A stretch of 27,481 nucleotides of DNA, taken from the IMG/VR virus record IMGVR_UViG_3300028965_000054, positions 1 to 27,481 of that record. One strand, written 5' to 3'. The position numbers and the translations under genes were made by a program. Source of the DNA: a virus (lineage: Duplodnaviria > Heunggongvirae > Uroviricota > Caudoviricetes). The notes below the pieces were generated by a model. That model did not search any database, was not told where the DNA came from, and saw only the letters and a list, made by a program, of their open reading frames with translations. Each line of letters opens with the position of its first letter. Within the stretch, counting starts at the first letter, position 1. Positions 6,512 to 14,777 of the stretch are shown in pieces.

Positions 6512-9348
6512 GTGAGTTTGCATGGAGCTGGAATGAACCGCAGCCAGCTATTGATCCGGACGACTTCGCGAACTTCAGCCAGTTGCCAAAAACCGGACTG
6601 CAACGCGCCATTCGTTACTACTATGAGGCGGACAAAAAGGCTCAGGAAGAACAGGATGCGAAGGAAGAAGCCTTTTTCGCACAATCCGCCATGGGTAAAA
6701 AACTCATGGCATCCCTTGAGGAAGCCGGGCAACGCGAAAAACTGATAAAAAACATCATCAGTAAGCGCCAGGAAATAAAGCAAGACCCGGTGGCCTGCGC
6801 CTTTGCCGAACTGAAGGCACTTCCCGTTTATCTGCGAGACCCCCTGAGCCGCCGCCTCTCTTTTTTACGTAAGAAGCAGGAATCTGACCGCCAGAAAGGA
6901 AAAAACGCCAGGCTGGCAGAACGCTATGCACAAGGAACCCTGCTCAAAATATTCAAACGTCTGAAACGCACTGACGGACGCTGGCTGACACCGTGTTATT
7001 GCTCCCTTGCCGGACGCGAACGCCTGGACGATTTGCTTTACCTGCCGCAGCTCAACAAACACCAGATACAGACGCTGGCCACCATGACGGCGGCGATGTT
7101 CAGCAGCACTTTTGAAACACTCTGCGATAACTTTGGCGCGACCGATGGCGAGCTGACCATGAAAATTGCGCTGAAGGCGTATCAGATGCTGGCCCGCATG
7201 GCGTTACATCTGCACACCATGCCGCCGCATTACGAAGCACTGAGAACGGACAAAGACCGGAAGAACGCACCGAATACGGAGCTGCTGCCGGGTGCCATCC
7301 TTCGCCTGACCTGTGCGGAATGGTGGAAACACAAACTGTGGCTTTTACGTTGCGAGTGGCGGGAAGAACAACTCCGTGCCGCCTGTCTGGTTTCCAGAAA
7401 AACATCACCCTATCTGAGCCAGGACGCGTTAAGCGAGTTTCGCGCACAGCGCGAGAAAACACGCGATTTTCTGAAAAGTTTCATGCTGGAAAATGAAGAC
7501 GGGTTCACGATTGATCTCGAGACGGTGTATTACGCGGGAGTAAGTAACCCGGTTCACCGTAAGGCAGAAATGATGGCCACCATGAAGGGACTGGAACTTC
7601 TGGCCGAAGCCCGTGGCGACAGAGCGGTGTTTCTGACTGTCACCTGCCCGTCAAAATACCACGCAACAACGGAGAACGGTCATCCGAACCCCAAATGGAA
7701 CGGGGCCACCATGCGCGACTCCAGCGATTACCTGGTTAACACGTTTTTTGCGGCGGTCCGCAAAAAACTGAACCGCGACGGTCTGCGCTGGTATGGCATC
7801 CGCACGGTGGAGCCTCACCATGACGGCACTGTGCACTGGCATATGATGGTCTTTGCACATCCGGACGAGATTGAAACCATCGTGTCCCACGTCTGCGATA
7901 TTGCCATTCAGGAAGACCGCCACGAGCTGGGCGATGACATAACTCCGCGTTTTAAGGCGGAGTACGTAGACGGCTCAAAAGGCACACCAACCAGCTACAT
8001 CGCCACCTACATCGGAAAGAACCTGGACAGCCGCGCCGTGGATGGCATCGACCCGAAAACGGGCAAGCCACGCGTTGACCACGAAACCGGAAAATCAATG
8101 GCCGAGAGCGTGGAACGCGCCATCGGCTGGGCGCGCCTTCACCGGGTCCGCCAGTTCCAGTTCTTTGGTATCCCCTCCCGTCAGGTGTGGCGTGAACTGC
8201 GCCGCCTTGCCAGCCAGATGGCACGCAACCCGGAAGGCCCGCAACGGCTGAAGGATGACGCAATGGACGCGGTACTCGCTGCCGCTGATGCCGGATGTTT
8301 TGCCACCTACATTGAGAAACAGGGTGGCGTACTTGTTCCACGCAAAGACTACCTGATTCGCACCGCCTACGACCTCGCAGATGAGCTGAACGATTACGGT
8401 GAACAGAGCGTACAGATTTACGGGATCTGGTCGCCGCTCATTGGGGAGTCTTCCCGCGTATGCACGCATCCGGATAACTGGAAGCTGGTAAGACGCAAAC
8501 CGGAAGCGGAAGACAGCGCCCGCGAAAATGGTTTTGACCTTCAGGGCGGCCCTGCCGCCCCTTGGACTCGTGGCAATAACTGTCCCCGTGTACAGGAAAC
8601 GGACAACAACGGGACAGAACAGCCGGAAGAACGGCCAGCACCGTGGCCGCAGCTCCCTGACGGCGTTGAAGTGAACGAATGGATGCGCTCACTGAAACGG
8701 CACGAACGCCGGGCGCTGATGCGTTCGCTTCGTGACAAACAGGCAAAAAACAGCAGTGATGAAATGCAGAGCTGGACACAGAGCCGCAAACAGCAGCGGC
8801 CTTTGCCTGATAACCACGAATTACTCGCTAAAGAATGGCGGGAGTCTGCTGAATCTCTCGGCCTGCATATCGGTGAACAACAGATGCAGCACCTGTTACG
8901 GGGCGGCAGTCTGTGCGTTGACGGCAGCATCATTGCACCGCAGGGATTTGAAATTGTACGCAAACCGGATACCCGCCCGGACAGCCGAATCACGCAGCTC
9001 TGGCAGCGCCTGAGCCGTAATCACGGCGTAAGCAGCACGGAGATCCGCCATAACCCGGTCGCCAGCTATCTGGCACAGCTGGGGGAATCAGACCCCGAAG
9101 CCGCCGCACGCCTGGCATCCACACTTCAGCAGGACCAGAACACCATGAAAACACCCGTTACCGTACTTTCTGACATGCTGCGCGCCATCCGCGACGCAGA
9201 GCACGAACAGAGAATCAGTGAAACAACTGAACGCGCCCGCCGCAAAGCAGACCTGCTGCGGGGTGGCCTGACCAGTGGAAACAAAAAACAGACAAAAACG
9301 GGATTCACAAATCCCGTAAATGAGCAAAAAACGCGCCGCTATATATGA
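6508..9348 (+). CDS. Rolling-circle replication initiator (P2 gpA-like HUH endonuclease)
   Basis: 946 aa from ATG 6508 (track ORF begins upstream in frame). HUH-type motif GTVHWHMMVFAHP; size and position match P2/186 A. About 185 aa longer than P2 A as I recall it. Confidence 0.85.
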   Translation: MSEFAWSWNEPQPAIDPDDFANFSQLPKTGLQRAIRYYYEADKKAQEEQDAKEEAFFAQSAMGKKLMASLEEAGQREKLIKNIISKRQEIKQDPVACAFAELKALPVYLRDPLSRRLSFLRKKQESDRQKGKNARLAERYAQGTLLKIFKRLKRTDGRWLTPCYCSLAGRERLDDLLYLPQLNKHQIQTLATMTAAMFSSTFETLCDNFGATDGELTMKIALKAYQMLARMALHLHTMPPHYEALRTDKDRKNAPNTELLPGAILRLTCAEWWKHKLWLLRCEWREEQLRAACLVSRKTSPYLSQDALSEFRAQREKTRDFLKSFMLENEDGFTIDLETVYYAGVSNPVHRKAEMMATMKGLELLAEARGDRAVFLTVTCPSKYHATTENGHPNPKWNGATMRDSSDYLVNTFFAAVRKKLNRDGLRWYGIRTVEPHHDGTVHWHMMVFAHPDEIETIVSHVCDIAIQEDRHELGDDITPRFKAEYVDGSKGTPTSYIATYIGKNLDSRAVDGIDPKTGKPRVDHETGKSMAESVERAIGWARLHRVRQFQFFGIPSRQVWRELRRLASQMARNPEGPQRLKDDAMDAVLAAADAGCFATYIEKQGGVLVPRKDYLIRTAYDLADELNDYGEQSVQIYGIWSPLIGESSRVCTHPDNWKLVRRKPEAEDSARENGFDLQGGPAAPWTRGNNCPRVQETDNNGTEQPEERPAPWPQLPDGVEVNEWMRSLKRHERRALMRSLRDKQAKNSSDEMQSWTQSRKQQRPLPDNHELLAKEWRESAESLGLHIGEQQMQHLLRGGSLCVDGSIIAPQGFEIVRKPDTRPDSRITQLWQRLSRNHGVSSTEIRHNPVASYLAQLGESDPEAAARLASTLQQDQNTMKTPVTVLSDMLRAIRDAEHEQRISETTERARRKADLLRGGLTSGNKKQTKTGFTNPVNEQKTRRYI

Positions 9349-9390
9349 AGCGCGCATAAAACAGGCAAAAACGGGATTTCAGAATCCCGT
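9298..9390. repeat. Two identical-arm 20-bp palindromes (ACGGGATT-N4-AATCCCGT) 73 bp apart; candidate parC/ParR operator
   Basis: Copy 1 at 9298..9317 (inside gpA 3' end), copy 2 at 9371..9390, each in the context CAAAAACGGGATT...AATCCCGTAAA. GCGCGC-containing inverted repeat between them around the gpA stop. Confidence 0.6.
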
Positions 9391-9424
9391 AAACGATTAA
9401 TTAATCAACATAAGGAAAAGCGAC

Positions 9425-10384
9425 ATGAAAATTTGTATCGATGACGGCTCCACCAACATCAAGCTGGCATGGACTGAGAACGGCGAACGCCGCAACGCCA
9501 TCAGCCCGAACAGCTTCAAGTCGGAATGGTCTGCGCCGTTCGGTGGCACGCAGCCCGCGAACTACATGCTTGATGGTGTGCGCTATGGTTTTGATCCGGT
9601 CAGCGATCGCTTTGTCCAGACGACCGACACGCAATACCAGTACAGCGATGTGAATGTCATTGCCATTCATCACGCGCTGGTCAAATCAGGCATCACGCCA
9701 CAGGAGGTGGATGTGGTTGTCACCCTGCCACTGAGCGAGTATTTCGACACAAACGCACAGCCGGACATGGCCAACATCAACCGCAAAAAAGCGAACGTTA
9801 TGCGCCCGGTGGAGTACCAGAACGGCGAGACATTCACTATCCGTAACGTGCGGGTTATGCCTGAATCCATTCCGGCTGGCTTTAAAGCACTGGCTGACAT
9901 GAGTCCGTTTGAATCCCTGCTGATTGTGGATTTGGGCGGAACCACGCTGGATGTGGCAAAGGTTCAGGGGCAACTGGCAGGTATCAGCCAGGTGTTTTGC
10001 GATCCACACGTAGGCGTTTCTCTGATGGCCGATGCCGTGCTGTCGGTGATGGCCACCAACGGTATGCGCACCAGTCACCACATCGCCAATACCATTATCG
10101 AACATCGCCACGATGAAGCCTGGCTGCGCCAGCACATCCACAATGACACGCATTACGCCAGCCTGATGGCAGTTATTCGTGAAAAGGAGGAAACACTGAA
10201 ACAACGCGTGATCCGCGCGCTGGCGGGTTTTTCGGGTTACGGGCGGGTGATGGTTGTAGGTGGAGGAGCGGAGATTGTGGCACCCGCTATCCGCGAAGCC
10301 TGCGGAGTTAATGCGACTTTCATCGCGGACGGGGTGCCACAATTTGCTCTGGTTAATGGGCTGTACGCAATGGACAAGGAGTAA
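9425..10384 (+). CDS. parM: ParM/StbA-like actin-type partition ATPase
   Basis: 319 aa; N-terminus MKICIDDGSTNIKLAW...ISPNSFK...YSDVNVIAIHHAL closely parallels recalled plasmid R1 ParM (MLVFIDDGSTNIKLQW...ISPNSFK...YSDVNVVAVHHAL). AAGGA RBS. Confidence 0.88.
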   Translation: MKICIDDGSTNIKLAWTENGERRNAISPNSFKSEWSAPFGGTQPANYMLDGVRYGFDPVSDRFVQTTDTQYQYSDVNVIAIHHALVKSGITPQEVDVVVTLPLSEYFDTNAQPDMANINRKKANVMRPVEYQNGETFTIRNVRVMPESIPAGFKALADMSPFESLLIVDLGGTTLDVAKVQGQLAGISQVFCDPHVGVSLMADAVLSVMATNGMRTSHHIANTIIEHRHDEAWLRQHIHNDTHYASLMAVIREKEETLKQRVIRALAGFSGYGRVMVVGGGAEIVAPAIREACGVNATFIADGVPQFALVNGLYAMDKE

Positions 10385-10388
10385 ATCA

Positions 10389-10703
10389 ATGACGACACCA
10401 ACCAGACGGATAAGTTTCTATCTGAAGCCCGCCGTCGTCAAGAGCGAACGGGAGGCGTGCAGTTACCTCGACAGCCTGCCAGCCTCCGAACGCAGCCGCG
10501 CACAACGCGCGGCTTTTCTGGCTGGACTGGCTCTTATAAAACGCACCCCCGCGTTGGCGTATTCGCTGGCAGAATGGTCAGAAGACGAAATAAGGATGCC
10601 ACCGCTACCAGTACAGCCTGAAAAACCGGCGCAACCAGCAGCAGACAGCGCCCCCCATATGCAGCAGGTGAAAAAGAATATTCAGGCGTTTTTCCCGAAG
10701 TGA
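10389..10703 (+). CDS. parR: ParR/StbB-like centromere-binding protein
   Basis: 104 aa from ATG 10389 (AAGGAG RBS inside parM 3' end). RRISFYLKPAVV...YLDSLPASERSRAQRAAFLAGLAL parallels recalled R1 ParR (RTIAFKLNPDV...TLDSIPQGERSRLNRAALTAGLAL). Confidence 0.8.
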   Translation: MTTPTRRISFYLKPAVVKSEREACSYLDSLPASERSRAQRAAFLAGLALIKRTPALAYSLAEWSEDEIRMPPLPVQPEKPAQPAADSAPHMQQVKKNIQAFFPK

Positions 10704-10717
10704 AAACAGGAGTAACT

Positions 10718-11005
10718 ATGTCCACCATTACCAAAGAATGGTTACAACGTAAAATCACAGAGTTTAAATCGTGGCGCGAAGACATCCCGTTCGGTCTTGA
10801 TGAAGACGATCACAATATGTTAATCGCACTGGAAATCGCACTTGCATCACTGGAAGCAGAGCCAGTGGCATGGATGCACGCAAATAATCCTATTGGAATA
10901 CCGGCGATAACAAGAAGTAAAGATGTTGCAGACAGCTGGCGCTCTAAGGGATGGAATGTATTGCCTCTTTATTCACTGACCCGCTCCATCAATTTATGCC
11001 ATTAA
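10718..11005 (+). CDS. Hypothetical protein (AT-rich cargo)
   Basis: 95 aa from ATG 10718 with AGGAG RBS; region visibly lower in GC than flanking phage genes. Confidence 0.55.
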   Translation: MSTITKEWLQRKITEFKSWREDIPFGLDEDDHNMLIALEIALASLEAEPVAWMHANNPIGIPAITRSKDVADSWRSKGWNVLPLYSLTRSINLCH

Positions 11006-11016
11006 TGGAAGTAATC

Positions 11017-11376
11017 ATGATGAAAGATAATTCCGGAAGCCAGCGTGCATCAGTTGCAGTTATGGTAATGATTAAATTTGTGAAACAGTACACCGGAAAG
11101 CCAATCTCGCTCCGGCAATTAAGCAAAGAAACCGTTTCACTGTCATATCTGGAGCAAATATTCAGATATTTACGGGAAAGTAGCCTGGTAAAAGCCACAC
11201 GCGGCCCGGGTGGTGGATATATCCCAACAAAAGAAAATTACAGTGTTGGTGATATTGTCCGGGCAATGAAATGTTCCGGATTATATACACAGCACGTTAT
11301 TCTGGCTGCACTGGATAATATTTCTTTAACCAGCCTGCAGGAAGACACAAATTATCAGTTGTCTGCCATTGAATAA
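11017..11376 (+). CDS. Rrf2-family HTH transcriptional regulator, short form without Fe-S cysteine triad
   Basis: 119 aa; Rrf2 signature ISLRQLSKETVSLSYLEQIFRYLRESSLVKATRGPGGGY (compare recalled IscR [29 protein letters not shown]). Only one Cys. AT-rich. Confidence 0.75.
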   Translation: MMKDNSGSQRASVAVMVMIKFVKQYTGKPISLRQLSKETVSLSYLEQIFRYLRESSLVKATRGPGGGYIPTKENYSVGDIVRAMKCSGLYTQHVILAALDNISLTSLQEDTNYQLSAIE

Positions 11377-11382
11377 GAAAAC

Positions 11383-11423
11383 CCGGAACGGGTGCGCAAA
11401 TTCTTTGTGCGCCCGTTCCGGGT
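11383..11423 (-). terminator. Strong hairpin terminating the leftward late operon (P-Q-ogr)
   Basis: Near-perfect 19-bp inverted repeat CCCGGAACGGGTGCGCAAA / TTTGTGCGCCCGTTCCGGG. On the minus strand it is followed by a U-rich tract (TTTTCTTATTC). Confidence 0.6.
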
Positions 11424-11444
11424 TGGACAAGCGAAGCGCGTCAG

Positions 11445-11702
11445 CTATCCGGCCTGCAACAACTCCAGAGCCATTTGTTTTTCTTCCGGACGCATCCGCT
11501 CAATCAACAGCTTTAACACACCATTCTCCAGCCCGCTGGGCACCAGTGTGTGCGAGTAGGTCAGATTCATCACCCAGGTATGTCCGCACTCGAGACGGGT
11601 GCAACGGTAATACACATCAGCAAACAGATCGGTTTTCCAGGCTGTTTTCTCAATCACTGCATGTGCACCGCAGCAATGACATCGCGCTTTCTGTCTGCGC
11701 AT
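11445..11702 (-). CDS. ogr: Ogr/Delta-like zinc-finger late transcription activator
   Basis: 85 aa from ATG 11702..11700 with GGGAGGTGG RBS (track ORF begins further upstream). Cys spacing C-x2-C-x22-C-x4-C matches the Ogr/Delta zinc finger. Confidence 0.75.
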   Translation of the reverse strand: MRRQKARCHCCGAHAVIEKTAWKTDLFADVYYRCTRLECGHTWVMNLTYSHTLVPSGLENGVLKLLIERMRPEEKQMALELLQAG

Positions 11703-11767
11703 TTTCCACCTCCCGGAACAGCGTTTTACTGCCACCGATTTTACCCGCTCTTTCCCCATACCGCACA

Positions 11768-12802
11768 TCACTCCATGGGTTCATCAAAATCAAGAATAAA
11801 TTTCACCTCCCCCAGTCGTCTGATATCCGGGTCGCTGTTGATCCCCTCCATAATCAGGCGGCGCATCGGGATAACCTCATCCCTGTAATATGCCTCGCGG
11901 GATTTCAGTGGGTCACCAAGCCCGGCCGTATTTGCGGGAATGATGCCGGCAAGTCCGGGTGGAAAACGGTGCGCAACGAGCTGATCCTGGGCACTGATGG
12001 TTTTTATATTCAGGAACTCATCTTTTGTGCCTGAATCCCCGATAGGGATAACCTTAACCCCTTCCTTGTCTCCGCCAGCTATGTTGATAAACATGGACTT
12101 AAAATTGCCAGCACCTTTCGAGTTTTCAATCTCTTTACGAAATTCCGCCTCAAGCTCAGGCGTCATATTGGGATCAGTGGAATACAGGATATAACCCAGA
12201 TGCGCGCCGTTTTTGTAATATTTGCGGCGAAAGCGTGTGGCATCCACATTCAGCATCGCCGACTCCATCCCGTGGATATAATCCGGGACACCGTAAACCT
12301 GCTGTTGCGGGTCATAAATGGCCAAGAACACCACTTCGCCTGGCGGGTAAACGAGATCTTCCAGTGCCGCCTGCACAATCACCGTGCCCCCCTCGTTGTT
12401 ACGCCGCAGGTACAGCGACGGCAGTGTATGCAGGCGCACCACCCGACCGAAGCCATTGCGCACTTTAAGCAGCCCCATATCCCCGAATATCAGCAGATTG
12501 GTCACCGCTGCCGCCATGGCGGCGTGTGTCATACCACCACCACCCCGAAAACCCTGCATGATCATATTCACGCGCGCACGCAATACCGCGCCGTGATACG
12601 GCGCGATATTGGACAACATGGCGAGATCCATGCGCTCAATGGGCGGCGTGTACCAGCCGTTATAGCCATCCCAGAGCGAGCCGTAATAACAGCCCCATGC
12701 AGCGACCGGTTCCGGGTCACCAAATTCAATAAACGTCATTTTGCCGACTCCCTCTTTCATGACAACCTTATCTCTGACCGGGTGTTTTTTCTTTTTACTC
12801 AT
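11768..12802 (-). CDS. Q: Portal protein (P2 gpQ-like)
   Basis: 344 aa from MSKKKK. Shared blocks with recalled P2 Q: FRRKYYKNGAHLGYI vs FRRKYYENGAHAGYI, NFKSMF vs NFKNLF, IPIGDSGTKDEFLNIK vs IPLSEVATKDDFFNIK. Start overlaps terminase stop. Confidence 0.9.
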   Translation of the reverse strand: MSKKKKHPVRDKVVMKEGVGKMTFIEFGDPEPVAAWGCYYGSLWDGYNGWYTPPIERMDLAMLSNIAPYHGAVLRARVNMIMQGFRGGGGMTHAAMAAAVTNLLIFGDMGLLKVRNGFGRVVRLHTLPSLYLRRNNEGGTVIVQAALEDLVYPPGEVVFLAIYDPQQQVYGVPDYIHGMESAMLNVDATRFRRKYYKNGAHLGYILYSTDPNMTPELEAEFRKEIENSKGAGNFKSMFINIAGGDKEGVKVIPIGDSGTKDEFLNIKTISAQDQLVAHRFPPGLAGIIPANTAGLGDPLKSREAYYRDEVIPMRRLIMEGINSDPDIRRLGEVKFILDFDEPME

Positions 12803-14583
12803 GCAGGAAAGATCCATGTTGATTTGCGCTTGTGCTTATAGTTCAGGGGTTCGTTACTTGCTGCATGGGCGATGGCAAAGAAGATGTCAGCGTGCCCGGT
12901 TTCTTCGCTACGTTCAGCGGTAAAAGTAACTTTATTGCCACTGTTGGTGGATTCCTGACGGATGGCCAGAAATGATGCCGGAATATCTGTGGCTTCCTCA
13001 TCCCACTCAATACGGTTGGCGTAAATCAGATCCAGCATCTTCATCACCAGGCGGTTTTTGGATTCAACACTGTAATGAATGGCCACTGTTTCACGGCGGG
13101 CAAATCCCTGAACCAGCTCAAAGACACCATAGCCAAGCCCGGTAACATCAATGCCGATAAACGTCATGTTATAGCGCGCCTTAATGCTGCGGATACGCTC
13201 TGCCATAAACTGGAATGACATACTCCGCCAGTGGTGTTTTTCCAGCACGCGGAATCGTTCTGCCGCAACCAGCGGTGGTGCCAGCACCACAAACGTGGCG
13301 TTATCGCCGGAGCGCGCAGGGTCAAAGCCGCCCCACACTTCACGGTTTCCAAATGGCATGGCATCTTCCGGGTGAAAATCCTCCCACGTACTGATATCAA
13401 CGCCACAGCGCACGAGGTCATCGAATTTAAAGACGCTCTCTTTGTCATCCACAAACACGCACATAAACAGCATATTGAAGGCTGTTTCGTTGTACCGCTC
13501 GCGCAGTTCGTTGATGTCAGCAAGGTTAAAGCCGCCGGCAATGGCATCTTCCATTGTCACCACATAGCGCCACTGGCCATCCGGGCATTCGCGCCCGCCA
13601 TCGCGCAGCTCATCAAAGGACGGAAACTCAACCCCTTTTCGTTTCGGATCGCCTTTGCGCCATTCATCGCCAGACCAGAACGGATAGCCCTGATGGGTTT
13701 TGGTTGACGGCGTGGAGAAGTAGGTAATGCGCCAGTGCGAGTGGGTGGCCATACCGGACGCCACTTCATTGAGGCGACGAAAGCCGGGGATCCACAGATA
13801 TTCGTCAATGTACAGGTGGCCGCTGTTTGACTGCGCCGTGTTACTGTTGGTCGCCAGAAAATACAGTTCAGCCAGATTACTTAACTTAACCGGGTTGCCT
13901 TTAATGGGAATGCCAAATTCCGTCTGTGCAATCTTAACGATATAGGTGCGGAACACTTCGGCCTGACGTTTTGATGCCGATAAAAATATCTGTGTGTCGC
14001 CGGTTAATACCGCATCTTCGAACGCCTCAAACGCGAAGTAATACGTCGCCCCAATCTGGCGCGATTTAAGCAGGTTGCGTACACGACGGAATTTGTTTTC
14101 ACGCAGATGCAACTGATAAGCGAACAGTTTTTTGGTAAACGGCTCAAAACTCTCTGCTGTCAGCCCTGACACATCATTAGCTTTACGACGACGCTCTTTC
14201 TTATCCGCGTCTTTTTCTCCGCGCTCTTCTTTTCCATAACGGCCAGACCGGGGAATATCAGCCCCCATTCGTTCTATCTCGGCCATTCGTTCTGTGTGCT
14301 TGTTCCTGACCGACATCAGTTTGACGTGGTGGCCAATCAGGCGATCGAGTTCATCGTGCTCTTCCTGGGTTTTATGGTCACGCTCCGCCAGTACAGCGAG
14401 ACGCCGGGCGATGACATCCTCCACGCCCTCAGTATTAAGCTGTGTGTACCACTCAAACTTTGTCGCCCAGTAATAAACAATTCGCGGGCTGTTCAGTCCG
14501 AGCTTCTTTTGTATTTCTTTTGGGGTGTGCCTTTTCAGATAGAGTGATTTTGCTGCAGCAATCACTTCATCAGAGTACGCCAT
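12799..14583 (-). CDS. P: Terminase large (ATPase) subunit (P2 gpP-like)
   Basis: 594 aa; size and position (leftward, upstream of Q, divergent from O) match P2 P. Confidence 0.85.
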   Translation of the reverse strand: MAYSDEVIAAAKSLYLKRHTPKEIQKKLGLNSPRIVYYWATKFEWYTQLNTEGVEDVIARRLAVLAERDHKTQEEHDELDRLIGHHVKLMSVRNKHTERMAEIERMGADIPRSGRYGKEERGEKDADKKERRRKANDVSGLTAESFEPFTKKLFAYQLHLRENKFRRVRNLLKSRQIGATYYFAFEAFEDAVLTGDTQIFLSASKRQAEVFRTYIVKIAQTEFGIPIKGNPVKLSNLAELYFLATNSNTAQSNSGHLYIDEYLWIPGFRRLNEVASGMATHSHWRITYFSTPSTKTHQGYPFWSGDEWRKGDPKRKGVEFPSFDELRDGGRECPDGQWRYVVTMEDAIAGGFNLADINELRERYNETAFNMLFMCVFVDDKESVFKFDDLVRCGVDISTWEDFHPEDAMPFGNREVWGGFDPARSGDNATFVVLAPPLVAAERFRVLEKHHWRSMSFQFMAERIRSIKARYNMTFIGIDVTGLGYGVFELVQGFARRETVAIHYSVESKNRLVMKMLDLIYANRIEWDEEATDIPASFLAIRQESTNSGNKVTFTAERSEETGHADIFFAIAHAASNEPLNYKHKRKSTWIFPA

Positions 14584-14667
14584 AAATAATCAATCTCTGC
14601 TGATGCCATTTTAATTTATGCATTTTCAGTAAAGGCCTTTTTAAAAACGAATATCGCGTTTCGGTAT

Positions 14668-14695
14668 TTTTCGGATATATGCGTATATCCGAAAA
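14668..14695. promoter_or_regulatory. 12-N4-12 palindrome in the divergent P/O late promoter region
   Basis: TTTTCGGATATA-TGCG-TATATCCGAAAA centred in the 194-bp gap between divergently transcribed terminase and scaffold genes. Related half-site CGAATAT / TTTCGGTAT just upstream. Confidence 0.5.
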
Positions 14696-14777
14696 CACCG
14701 GAAATTAATCAGGTGACGGTTTTTTTATTTCCCACTTAAATAACGCTCAGTTAATTTTTATCAGCGGGTTAATTCAG

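Noticed and set aside
7100-8993. Several minus-strand and alternate-frame track ORFs inside the gpA-like gene (for example 7952..8341, 8541..8993)
   Set aside because: Low-complexity Arg/Cys/Pro-rich antisense translations inside a well-supported long CDS; no independent start signals.
11746-11766. GGGGAAAG motif on the minus strand next to the portal stop, resembling the G-rich core of the P2/186 cos site
   Set aside because: Orientation and flanking bases do not match the P2 cos as I recall it, and the motif lies in the ogr-portal spacer. Cannot be verified without alignment, so not called as cos.
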